This document shows, piece by piece, positions 1 to 8,678 of a DNA stretch of 24,560 nt. Within the stretch, counting starts at the first letter, position 1. Each line of letters starts with the position of its first letter. The DNA is taken from positions 1 through 24,560 of IMG/VR virus record IMGVR_UViG_3300017716_001193; one strand, given 5' to 3'. The stretch is from a virus (lineage: Duplodnaviria > Caudoviricetes). The position numbers were made by a program, and so were the translations under genes. The notes below the pieces were generated by a model. It was not told where the DNA came from, searched no databases, and saw only the letters and a list, made by a program, of their open reading frames with translations.

Positions 1-240
1 ATCACAGACCGCTGGCGCTCAGACATGGGCAGCGACTCATGGCTGTCCAAAAACATCCGACCAATGGCTTTGATCGCAATCTTTGTAGCGTTCTTCCTGT
101 TCACAATGATGTCAGCGTTTGGCCACAACGCACAAGAGAGCTATGTAAATCTGCTGGGCCAGTGGGGCCAGATTATTTTCCTTGCGTATTTTGGTGGCCG
201 CACCGTTGAAAAGTTGGCTGACATGAGGTCTAAAAAATGA
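1..240 (+). CDS. Holin, 3TM/GTA-holin-like (5' truncated)
   Basis: Frame 1 is open from base 1 (ITDRWRSDMGSDSWLSKNIRP), matching the 'RW..DM.SDSWLSKN.RP' and 'AYFGGR..EK' motifs of this family. It has two hydrophobic segments and a basic C-terminus, and its stop overlaps the endolysin start (ATGA at 237-240). Confidence 0.8.
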   Translation: MTDRWRSDMGSDSWLSKNIRPMALIAIFVAFFLFTMMSAFGHNAQESYVNLLGQWGQIIFLAYFGGRTVEKLADMRSKK

Positions 241-665
241 ACCTCACCGAAAACTTCACGCTGGAAGAATTAACACACACCAGCCACCGGCAGTTTGACA
301 ATACGCCAAATGACGCCGAGTTGGCAAACCTGCGGCGGCTAGCCGAGTTCCTAGAGCAAGTCAAGGAAGTATTGGGCGGCAAGCCGATCATGGTCAACAG
401 CGCCTTCAGGTCTAAAGAGGTCAATGACTCCGTGGGCAGCAAAGACACCTCCCAGCACCGCACAGGCTGTGCTGCGGACATTCGAGTTCCTGGCATGACG
501 CCAGACCAAGTTGTGCGCGCCATCATCGCCAGCGACCTGCCTTACCAGCAAGTCATTCGAGAATTTGATGCCTGGACTCATGTTTCTATCACCACAAATG
601 AGGGTGATGAGCCTAAAATGTCAAAGTTGATTATTGACAAAGCGGGCACCCGCCTCTTTACATAA
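237..665 (+). CDS. Endolysin, peptidase M15A family Zn-peptidase
   Basis: 'L.ENFTLEEL' start, S.FR..EVN..VG, Zn-ligand pattern SQH..GCAAD and WTHVS; lies next to the holin. Confidence 0.9.
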   Translation: MNLTENFTLEELTHTSHRQFDNTPNDAELANLRRLAEFLEQVKEVLGGKPIMVNSAFRSKEVNDSVGSKDTSQHRTGCAADIRVPGMTPDQVVRAIIASDLPYQQVIREFDAWTHVSITTNEGDEPKMSKLIIDKAGTRLFT

Positions 666-673
666 GGAAAAAT

Positions 674-1327
674 ATGCCGCAAGCAATGACCTTTGCCTCG
701 CTGCAAAACGACGTCCGCAGCTACCTTGAGCGTGGCGCCTCGGCTGTCACCGATCCATTGGTCTATGCACAGATTCCTAGCCTGATCAACTTTGCAGAAA
801 GGCGCATTAGCCGCGACCTAAAGATTCAAGGCTTTCAAACGGTTGTTGTGACAAACTTGCAAACCGGAGTTGCTGTTATTGCCAAACCAGATCGCTGGCG
901 CGAGACCATCTCCATGAACATCGGAACAGGTACGGGCAGCAATACGCGTGTTCAATTAGCTTCAAGGGCCTACGAGTACGTCAGAAGCTACTGGCCTAAT
1001 GACACCCTAGTTGAACAACCTGTGTTTTACGCTGACTACAACTACACCAATTGGATTATTGCGCCTACTCCTAGTTCAGCCTATCCAATTGAAATTTTGT
1101 ACTACGAATTGCCTGTCTTGTTGGATGATAACACCCAGACCAACTGGCTTACCCAGTACGCTCCTAACTTGCTGCTATACGCTACCTTGTTAGAAGCTGC
1201 TCCATTCCTAAAAAACGACGAACGAATCCCAGTCTGGCAGACCATGTATCAATCAGCCGCGCAAGCATTGCAAAGCGAAGACATGAGCAAGATCTTAGAC
1301 CGCGGTGCCGTTAGAAACGAGGCCTAA
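674..1327 (+). CDS. Putative head-tail adaptor / tail tubular protein
   Basis: 217 aa with RBS AAGGA. The pattern 'MTF..L...V..YL.R...IP..I..AE.RI.R.L' and 'TNWL...AP..LLY..L.EA..FLK.DER...W' is typical of podovirus adaptors, and the gene lies upstream of the tail hub. Confidence 0.7.
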   Translation: MPQAMTFASLQNDVRSYLERGASAVTDPLVYAQIPSLINFAERRISRDLKIQGFQTVVVTNLQTGVAVIAKPDRWRETISMNIGTGTGSNTRVQLASRAYEYVRSYWPNDTLVEQPVFYADYNYTNWIIAPTPSSAYPIEILYYELPVLLDDNTQTNWLTQYAPNLLLYATLLEAAPFLKNDERIPVWQTMYQSAAQALQSEDMSKILDRGAVRNEA

Positions 1328-1328
1328 T

Positions 1329-2519
1329 ATGACCACCTATACCAACATCTTTGGCGGCAGCAACATCTCTCCTGCTGAGATCAGCTACTCAGAAGTTTCC
1401 CTGACTGCCAACACCACGTTTGATTGGGCGCTTGAGACAGCTCCTTCAACAAACCTAATCGCCGGCATCATGGACGTAACGGCGTCTGCAGGTCCTTATA
1501 GCCTGACTTTGCCAAGTGCTTTGGAAGTATCTACAGGCCAAGCTATCCTTTTCAATAACGTTGGCGCTAATTCATTTATCATCAAAAACAACACCGGGAC
1601 GCAGATTGCAGCGCCTACTGCCGGCCAAGTTTGGCAGATCTATTTAACAGACAACACTACTGCTGGTGGCACTTGGCTTGCTTTCCAGTTTGGGGCCGCA
1701 GTCTCAACCGCAAATGCCGCCTCGTTAGCAGGCACCGGTCTAATTGCTATTGGCTCACTTTTGTCCTTGGCCATGCCGGTTACGTTTTTCAGTACTACGT
1801 ACACGGCAGGGGTTACTGATCGGGCCAAGGTCCTAATCTGGAATGGCGGGGCAGGCACTTTTACTATGGCCGCTGCCGGTACCCTTGGAGACAACTGGTT
1901 CTTCCAGCTTCGCAATGAGGGTACTGGGGCCTTGATTGTAGATCCCCCCGGCGTCCAAACTATCAACGGCTCTTCTACCCTTACGTTTCAGCCCGGGGAT
2001 TCTGCCATCATCTTTACTGACGGCAACAACTTCTATACGATAGGCTATGGACAGGCTCCCGTTTTTGCTTTTGACTACACTGTTGTTAGCGTGGCTGGAA
2101 CCGGTAACTACACTTTGTCTGGAAGCGAATTAAATAGAATTGCTTACAGCTTTACAGGCGTCTTGACAGGCAACCGCAACGTCATCGTGCCTCAGACCGT
2201 TCAGCAATACTGGGTAGCCAACAACACAACCGGCCCGTATACCCTGACGGTCAAGACGGCAATTGCCTCTGGCACCGCGGTCAGCCAAGGCTCACGGGCC
2301 ATTACCTATTGCGACAGCACAAACGTAGTGGCGGCTGATACCGGCGGCGTATCCGTCCCTATTAGCGTGTCCGACGGCGGAACCGGGGCGACAACGGCGG
2401 GCAATGCCTTGATCAACCTTGGCGGAACAGCCACCGGAATTGCCATCTTTACCGCAGCTACCCAAGCAGCCGCCCAAGTGGCCATTGGCCTTGATCCAAT
2501 CCAAGGCGGAACGTTCTAA
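1329..2519 (+). CDS. Tail fibre-like structural protein
   Basis: Start moved to the ATG at 1329. T/G/A/S-rich and beta-rich, with the tail-fibre motif PISVSDGGTGATTAGNALINLG and C-terminal 'GGTF'. Confidence 0.65.
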   Translation: MTTYTNIFGGSNISPAEISYSEVSLTANTTFDWALETAPSTNLIAGIMDVTASAGPYSLTLPSALEVSTGQAILFNNVGANSFIIKNNTGTQIAAPTAGQVWQIYLTDNTTAGGTWLAFQFGAAVSTANAASLAGTGLIAIGSLLSLAMPVTFFSTTYTAGVTDRAKVLIWNGGAGTFTMAAAGTLGDNWFFQLRNEGTGALIVDPPGVQTINGSSTLTFQPGDSAIIFTDGNNFYTIGYGQAPVFAFDYTVVSVAGTGNYTLSGSELNRIAYSFTGVLTGNRNVIVPQTVQQYWVANNTTGPYTLTVKTAIASGTAVSQGSRAITYCDSTNVVAADTGGVSVPISVSDGGTGATTAGNALINLGGTATGIAIFTAATQAAAQVAIGLDPIQGGTF

Positions 2520-4165
2520 TGGCAACAACCCCCATCATCCTTAAATCTCTCGCAGGTATCAAGAGAGATGGCACCAGGTTTGAGGGTGACTACTATGTTG
2601 ATGGGCAATGGGTCCGTTGGCAGCGTGGCCTTCCGCGCAAGATCGGCGGGTATACTGTCGTCAATCGCTACCTGAGTGAGATCAGCCGAGGCGTTAAGAC
2701 TTTTACGGAAAATGGTCTGACTTATTTTCATTCTGGGTCTGCCGGCACTGTTGAGCGTTTTACCCTAGACGCGACTGGCAACTCTAGCATAACTACCGCC
2801 CGCACGCCATCAACGCTGGCGGTCAACGACGACAATCTCTGGCAGTTTGACGTGATCTATGACACCCAGTCTATCCCGGCCGCAAACATGCTTGTTGCTC
2901 AAGTGGCCCCAAATGCGGGCTGCCTTTGCAACACAGACGGTGGCCAGATTTTTATCGGCCCTATGACTGGAACTACGGCCCTGACGGAGATCACAACCTT
3001 TCCGGCAGGTGTAAGCGCCACCGGCGGTGTTGTCTCCCTGCATCCCTACCTGCTGTATTTTGGCAATGATGGTGTTGTAGGGTGGTCAGTGGCAGGAGCC
3101 CCTACGGACTTGACAGGTGCGGGATCTGGCAATGCTCGTGTTGCAGGGCAAAAGATCGTTAAGGCTTTAGCCCTTCGGGGCGGCCCGGGTAACGCTCCGG
3201 CAGGTCTCTTTTGGAGTGCAGATGCGGTCATACGCGCTTCTTACGTAGGAGGCACCGAGATCTTCCAGTTTGACACGATCAGCCCATATTCCAGCATCTT
3301 GTCAGCCAACTCTGTCATTGAGTATGACGGCATCTATTACTGGCTCGGTACAGATCGAATGCTGATGTTTAACGGCGTAGTTCGAGAGATTCCAAACAAT
3401 CTAAACATAAACTACTTCTACGACGGCGTAAACAGAGAAGCTACTCAGCGGGTCTGGGCCTACAAGGTCCCTCGGTACGGCGAAATCTGGTGGTGTTATC
3501 CCCGTGGAGATGCAACGGAGTGCACTCACGCGATTATTTACAACGTCCGTGAGAACACCTGGTACGACACAGAGCTGCCTAATAGTGGACGGGCCGCTGG
3601 GGAATGGTCTCCTTTGTACGCTGCTCCACTTTTATGCGGCCTAGAAACGTCTGATTATGTTGCAAACAACAGGATCACAGAAAGCGCAGATCTTCGCGTC
3701 ACGGAGAACGGTCTTCAGCGGATTATCACGCCGCAAGAAGGTTTTATGGTTTGGCAGCACGAGCATGATGTCAACGAGATCGATGGCCAGTTTATTACTG
3801 CCGTCCCCTCATTCTTTGAGACTGCTGACATGAGTTTCTTGGCAACCCCTGGAAACGGCAGAAGCAAATGGATCCATGTAGACAGTATCGAGCCTGACTT
3901 TGTGCAGTCCGGAAACATGACCGTTCAGTTGACAGGACGGGCCAACGCCAAGGCAGCTGAAGTTCTTGGACCAGAGCGGACCATCTTTGCCCAGCCCACT
4001 ACCCCTTACGAGCAGGTTGTCTCGTTTAAGGAAGAACGCCGAGAACTGCGGTTTAAGTTTACCTCAAACACGATCAACGGAGACTACCAGATGGGCCAAG
4101 TCATTGCCCACATTGGAGAAGCCGATGGAAGTATGCTTGGCGGCGTCGCAGAAAGTACTACGTGA
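2519..4165 (+). CDS. Tail hub / DNA stabilisation protein (P22 gp10-like nozzle)
   Basis: 548 aa, beta-propeller-like, aromatic-rich. Motifs 'GIKRDGT...DGQWVRW..G.P.KIGG' and 'EIWWCYP...EC..AIIYN..E..WY'; lies between the adaptor/fibre and the ejection genes. Confidence 0.7.
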   Translation: MATTPIILKSLAGIKRDGTRFEGDYYVDGQWVRWQRGLPRKIGGYTVVNRYLSEISRGVKTFTENGLTYFHSGSAGTVERFTLDATGNSSITTARTPSTLAVNDDNLWQFDVIYDTQSIPAANMLVAQVAPNAGCLCNTDGGQIFIGPMTGTTALTEITTFPAGVSATGGVVSLHPYLLYFGNDGVVGWSVAGAPTDLTGAGSGNARVAGQKIVKALALRGGPGNAPAGLFWSADAVIRASYVGGTEIFQFDTISPYSSILSANSVIEYDGIYYWLGTDRMLMFNGVVREIPNNLNINYFYDGVNREATQRVWAYKVPRYGEIWWCYPRGDATECTHAIIYNVRENTWYDTELPNSGRAAGEWSPLYAAPLLCGLETSDYVANNRITESADLRVTENGLQRIITPQEGFMVWQHEHDVNEIDGQFITAVPSFFETADMSFLATPGNGRSKWIHVDSIEPDFVQSGNMTVQLTGRANAKAAEVLGPERTIFAQPTTPYEQVVSFKEERRELRFKFTSNTINGDYQMGQVIAHIGEADGSMLGGVAESTT

Positions 4166-4389
4166 TCACGCAGCCCGCTATAATGGGACTTCGCGACTGG
4201 GCGGATTGTATCGTTCTCGATCTTTCGACTTACGGTCCAATTTCAAGACTGGACGACGAAGACAAGTGGCAAGATTGGGGCCTGCAGTTCTGCGCTATCT
4301 CCGGCCTGAGTCAAAAGAACATCCCAACTCCATTTGCCTTTACGGACTGGCGTGAATGGGCGCAGCGTTTTGTTGGGGTAATGGACTAA
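4162..4389 (+). CDS. Small Trp-rich hypothetical protein in the virion module
   Basis: 75 aa, coupled on both sides (GTGA overlap upstream, TAATG downstream); WQDW and WREW motifs. Confidence 0.7.
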   Translation: MITQPAIMGLRDWADCIVLDLSTYGPISRLDDEDKWQDWGLQFCAISGLSQKNIPTPFAFTDWREWAQRFVGVMD

Positions 4390-4679
4390 TGACCGACCAA
4401 GAATTTATACAGCTATTGAATACCGTGGCTAAGAGAGCCCGGCCGTTTAACAACGAGCTGGTGCTTATTGACGGCCTAGATATGGACCTTAACGAGACCG
4501 GATTAGACAGCCTGGACCTGCTAATATGCGCCATGCAGCTCTGCGAGATATACGACGTTGAGGAAGAAAAGAGCAAGGAAATGTTTGGGGCTACCCCCAA
4601 AGAGCTCCTTAACTTCCTCAAAGAATGGGGCCGTAGACAGCCGAACGACTACGCGGAAGCCAAGGGATTGCTTGTATGA
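4389..4679 (+). CDS. Acyl carrier protein (phosphopantetheine-binding)
   Basis: Start moved to the ATG at 4389 (TAATG coupling). 96 aa, acidic and helical, with motif L.ETGLDSLD (Ser41 at 4509-4511) followed by a helix and 'L.EIYDV', and 'T.KELLNFL' in the ACP helix-IV position. Confidence 0.85.
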   Translation: MTDQEFIQLLNTVAKRARPFNNELVLIDGLDMDLNETGLDSLDLLICAMQLCEIYDVEEEKSKEMFGATPKELLNFLKEWGRRQPNDYAEAKGLLV

Positions 4680-4756
4680 GGGCGCTTTTAAACTTTGTCA
4701 TGTTTCCTCAGAACAAATTAAAATCTCTAAAACTCACGGCGTCGAGACCGAATTAA
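4676..4756 (+). other. Tiny 26-codon ORF or gene remnant coupled to the ACP gene
   Basis: ATGA overlap with the ACP stop; encodes MRALLNFVMFPQNKLKSLKLTASRPN and fills an otherwise unexplained ~95-bp gap. Confidence 0.25.
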
Positions 4757-4775
4757 ACAACATGGGGATCTAATT

Positions 4776-5231
4776 ATGCCGCTCGTAGACAGCAGACAAC
4801 AAATGCTAGATCTTGGCGAGCTACTTAAGGTAGCTGCCGAGGACACAAAATCCGAGTACCCACTTGAATTCGTGTACGCTTCCTTTGTCAAGGAGGTGCA
4901 GATGCCTGGCAGCAAATTTTATCGATATGGCAACACTGTCTATATCGTGCATGCCTCGCCTAAAAATCCTCGCAAGGGTATGTTTAGAGCGCTGAATGCA
5001 GATACACCCGCTAATTTTCTTGCCTCCGCTTACGCCTTTCCAGTTGATGCCTACAAGTCAGGCTTTGACACGCTGGTCACCCAGTTCAGCAATCAAAGTC
5101 TCTTGAATATCTTTAGGCAGGTCATGAAAAATCCTCCCAATCCAGGCATGGGCTATAACGTCTCTATGCTTGCTGATGGGCAGTATCAAGTTGCTTTGCA
5201 GCTTGGAAATAAACGCGAAGGAGCGCAATAA
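4776..5231 (+). CDS. Putative GNAT-fold protein (position of T7 gp13 / P22 gp14)
   Basis: 151 aa. The apparent order alpha-alpha-beta-beta-beta-alpha-beta-alpha-beta-beta and 'SGFDTLVTQFSNQSLLNIF' resemble the GNAT beta5-alpha4 region. TAATG-coupled to the first ejection gene. The ORF is secure; the fold is inferred by eye. Confidence 0.5.
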   Translation: MPLVDSRQQMLDLGELLKVAAEDTKSEYPLEFVYASFVKEVQMPGSKFYRYGNTVYIVHASPKNPRKGMFRALNADTPANFLASAYAFPVDAYKSGFDTLVTQFSNQSLLNIFRQVMKNPPNPGMGYNVSMLADGQYQVALQLGNKREGAQ

Positions 5232-7225
5232 TGGGGGCAGTAGCAAAAGTTGTTGAAGACGTTGTTGGCGGCGTCGTTGAAGCCGTTGGCGACGTTGTTG
5301 AAAGCATTGGAGACGTTGTCTCTGACGTTGGATCTGCCATCGATGATTATGTCATCCAGCCCATTTTAGATGACCCACTCACGGCAATAGCAAGTGTTGC
5401 AGCTGCGGTCTATTTAGGACCTATGGCGGCCGCTTACTTTGGGACAAGTGCCGCTGTCGGCACAGGCCTGGCTGTTGCCGGTGCAAATACGGCGGCAGGC
5501 CTTGTTCAAGGTGAAAGCTTTGATGAGGCTATTAAAGGCGGGGCAATGGCCGGCTTAACAGCGGGCGTAGGTCAAAGCGTTTTTGGTGGAGCAAGCGGAG
5601 CCGAAGGCGCGTCTGGCGCAGACCCATTAGGCGATTTTATTGCCCAAAATGATTATTATGGAACAGGACCAGCTGCCTTGCCGGGCGGCACTAACCTTAC
5701 TCCTACTCCTTCTGATTCGCTGGACCAGTTTTTGGCCCAGAACGACAATTTTGGAACCAGTGCTCCAAGCAGCCCTTTAAGCGCCGAGTCGTTTCCTGTT
5801 TCGGATCCTAACATCACAACCTCCGAGCTGCCGCCTCAAGGTGGTGCAACTCCGCCAAGCCCACTTCAGACACTAAACACCCAGGTTTCTCCAATTGAAG
5901 TGCCCTCGTTTAATGCCGACTATGCTTTGACAAGTGGTATGCAGCCTGATTTTGGCTTGCAAGTTCCTGGCTTTGATCCAAGCACCTCTGGGTTTAATCT
6001 ATACGGCGACGCTAACTACAACCTGACATCGAACGGCGTGTCAGGAGGTCCTGGTATGCAGATGCCCGACGCCTCTAACCTTGCAAGAATGCGTGGAGGT
6101 CAAGGCCTTACGGTTGATATGCCAGGCCTTCCTCAATACATTGAAGGCGGCAGTCCCGCTACATTTACAGGAGCCGGTGGAAACACTTACGGAAATCTAA
6201 CTCCTGACGTGACCGTGAGCCAGACGGCAATTACCCCTACGTCTACTCCGTACGCCTACGACCCCAATACCAACATGGGAACTCCTGGCGTGTTTGACAG
6301 CCTTGCCAGCGGAAACTTTCAGGGGGCTGCTAAAGCGGTTGGTAATAGTGCCGTTGATTGGTACAAGGGCGCAAGCCCTTTTGAAATAGCCGGTGCCGGA
6401 CTTGGAGCAACAACTCTACTGGGAAGCCTCGGTTCATCAGGCCCCCAATCTAGCCAGCCTAATCCAGGTGGAACGCGAGACGCCAACTTTAATAGGCCGC
6501 TTGACTTGTATGAGTACATGCGGGACAGAGCAAACTATGGCGGAGACTTGCGAAAGTACGGTCAAACTGGTCAAGGCGGAGAGTTTCAGTACTTCCAAAA
6601 TACTCGCTTTAATCCCGTGCCAATTGCGGCAAGAATGGGAGGCTTGATTCAGATGAAGCACTTTGCTCAGGGCGGTCAAGCTCAGGGTATGCAAGATCCT
6701 CGTCGCGCCCAGATGATGCAGGCAATGGCGCAACAACGTCCGGCTGGTCAAGGTGGCCCTATGGGAATGGCTCAAGGTCGTCCTCCTATGATGCAAGGCG
6801 GCGCAATGCCGCAGCGTCCAATGGCTCCGCAAAATGCACAAGGTGGTCTTCAAGCAATGGCTCCTCAAGGCCGCCCGCAGATGCCGCAGCGCCCTCGTGA
6901 CCCCAAGATGGCCTACTATCAATACGGCAATGCTCCTGCTAAAGCAATGGCAATGGCAATGGGAGGCCTTAGCTCAGTGCACAGCATGAAGATTGGAGGC
7001 GGAGCAGACGGTAGGTCTGATGACGTGCCGGCAGTCTTGTCTGACGGCGAGTATGTGATGGATGCCGAATCTGTGGCATTGCTTGGTAATGGATCCTCCA
7101 AGGCCGGAGCCGCAAAGCTAGATCAAATGCGCTCTAAACTGCGTCAACACAAAGGACAGGCCCTAGCCAGCGGCAAAATAAGCCCTGATGCCAGAAGCCC
7201 GTTGTCTTACGTAAAAGGAGCTTAA
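5231..7225 (+). CDS. Internal virion / ejection protein 1
   Basis: 664 aa. Met-Gly start, amphipathic 'VGDVVE'-type repeats, a Gly/Ala hydrophobic segment, P/S-rich and Q/M/G/P-rich linkers, and a C-terminal 'G.SDDVPAVLSDGEYV' motif also seen in tape-measure and ejection proteins. Confidence 0.65.
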   Translation: MGAVAKVVEDVVGGVVEAVGDVVESIGDVVSDVGSAIDDYVIQPILDDPLTAIASVAAAVYLGPMAAAYFGTSAAVGTGLAVAGANTAAGLVQGESFDEAIKGGAMAGLTAGVGQSVFGGASGAEGASGADPLGDFIAQNDYYGTGPAALPGGTNLTPTPSDSLDQFLAQNDNFGTSAPSSPLSAESFPVSDPNITTSELPPQGGATPPSPLQTLNTQVSPIEVPSFNADYALTSGMQPDFGLQVPGFDPSTSGFNLYGDANYNLTSNGVSGGPGMQMPDASNLARMRGGQGLTVDMPGLPQYIEGGSPATFTGAGGNTYGNLTPDVTVSQTAITPTSTPYAYDPNTNMGTPGVFDSLASGNFQGAAKAVGNSAVDWYKGASPFEIAGAGLGATTLLGSLGSSGPQSSQPNPGGTRDANFNRPLDLYEYMRDRANYGGDLRKYGQTGQGGEFQYFQNTRFNPVPIAARMGGLIQMKHFAQGGQAQGMQDPRRAQMMQAMAQQRPAGQGGPMGMAQGRPPMMQGGAMPQRPMAPQNAQGGLQAMAPQGRPQMPQRPRDPKMAYYQYGNAPAKAMAMAMGGLSSVHSMKIGGGADGRSDDVPAVLSDGEYVMDAESVALLGNGSSKAGAAKLDQMRSKLRQHKGQALASGKISPDARSPLSYVKGA

Positions 7226-7226
7226 T

Positions 7227-8657
7227 ATGGGAGTCCTCGACTTTCTATTCCAAGGTAGTCCACCTGCGTCTGTTACGACGTATGGCGAGACAACTTCGAA
7301 CGTCCCTGCTTGGTACTCTGACTATACTCAGGGCCTGATCAGCAAGGCCAACTCAATTGCTGCAGAGCCGTATCAACCCTACGGCCAACCCAGGATTGCA
7401 GGCTTTGATCCGGCGCAGACGGCGGCATATAACCAGACAATGGGGCTTCAGGGCCAGTACCAGCCTTTTCTAGACAAGTCGTCAAACGCAATTTACAACG
7501 CGGGACAAGGCAACTCGCTACAGGCAGCTCAGCCCTACATCAACCAGGCTCTGCAATATAACCCTCTTACTGCAGCGTCAGGGTCGATAGGCCAAGCAGG
7601 AGCACTGATCAATCAAGGCTACGGTGACACAAGCTCCTTGGCCCAGCCGTACTTTAACCAGTCGCAGGCGTACACGCAGCAAGCGGCCCAAGGGACTGCC
7701 GGCTTGGCTGATCCCTACATGCAGCAGGCTTCTCAGCTGTCAACGCAAGGAGCTCAGACTGGCTTAGGTGGCATCCAAGACTACATGAACCCGTACACCG
7801 ACCAAGTGGTCAACCGTATTGGTGAACTTGGAGCTCGCAACCTCCGTGAAAACCTGCTGCCCAACATTCAAGACAGGGCTATTCAGGCAGGCACGTTTGG
7901 CGGCAGCCGTAGTGGCGAGGCTATCGGACGCGCTTTGCGGGACACCCAAGAGTCTACTCTGGCTCAGCAATCTGCCGCCCTTCAACAAGGCTACACGCAG
8001 GCTGGATCTCAGCTTCAAGCAGACAGAGCCCGCCAATTGCAGGCGGCGCAGCAGCAGGCTGGTTTTGGTCAGCAGACGGCCGGTTTGTCTGGAGCTGATC
8101 AACAACGGCTTTTGGCAGCTGGCCAGCAGCAAGCAGCTCTAGGGCAAGCAACCGCAGGTCTTGAAGGAGCAGATCTTTCAAGGTACGGTCAAGCCGGTTC
8201 CCAGATGGGAGCCCTCGGTCAGATGCAAGGTAACTTGGCAGGAGCTGCAGGCACCCAAAACCTTCAGGCCGCGCAGCAAATGGGAACATTGTCTAATCAG
8301 GACTTTGCCCGCATGTTGCAGTCAGGCCAGGCAATGGGAGCCCTTGGTCAGCAAACTCAACAAATGGGTATGCAAAACATCGGAGCCCTGGAAGCAGCCG
8401 GAGCAGGTCAGCAGCAGCAAGAGCAGCGCTCGTTGGATCAATCCTACCAAGACTTCCTTAACCAGCGCGACTACGACCGCAACAACATTGCCTTCCTGAA
8501 CGCCTCTGTTCGCGGCCTGACGGTTCCAACATCGACAACGACTGAATCAACTGGACCCGCAAGCGTCTACCAGCCTTCGCCATTGTCGCAATTTGGTTCT
8601 GCCCTTGCCACCGGATACGGCTTAAACAGAATGTTTGGTCAAACTCCCGCCCGATAA
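7227..8657 (+). CDS. Internal virion / DNA-transfer (ejection) protein 2
   Basis: 476 aa, RBS AAGGAG. Q/A/G-rich and helical, with motifs YQPYGQPRIAGF, YMNPYTDQV, GTFGGSR, LDQSYQDF and AQPY.NQ repeats. Confidence 0.7.
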   Translation: MGVLDFLFQGSPPASVTTYGETTSNVPAWYSDYTQGLISKANSIAAEPYQPYGQPRIAGFDPAQTAAYNQTMGLQGQYQPFLDKSSNAIYNAGQGNSLQAAQPYINQALQYNPLTAASGSIGQAGALINQGYGDTSSLAQPYFNQSQAYTQQAAQGTAGLADPYMQQASQLSTQGAQTGLGGIQDYMNPYTDQVVNRIGELGARNLRENLLPNIQDRAIQAGTFGGSRSGEAIGRALRDTQESTLAQQSAALQQGYTQAGSQLQADRARQLQAAQQQAGFGQQTAGLSGADQQRLLAAGQQQAALGQATAGLEGADLSRYGQAGSQMGALGQMQGNLAGAAGTQNLQAAQQMGTLSNQDFARMLQSGQAMGALGQQTQQMGMQNIGALEAAGAGQQQQEQRSLDQSYQDFLNQRDYDRNNIAFLNASVRGLTVPTSTTTESTGPASVYQPSPLSQFGSALATGYGLNRMFGQTPAR

Positions 8658-8678
8658 TGACAGCTATAAGGACAAACC

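Noticed and set aside
1-673. Lysis genes inside the structural module, and no visible spanins, as a novelty
   Set aside because: This placement is common, and spanins could lie outside the window.
6990-7225. Calling the 664-aa protein a tape measure protein
   Set aside because: It shares only the short SDGEYV-type motif; the gene context is podovirus-like with no tail tube or chaperone genes.
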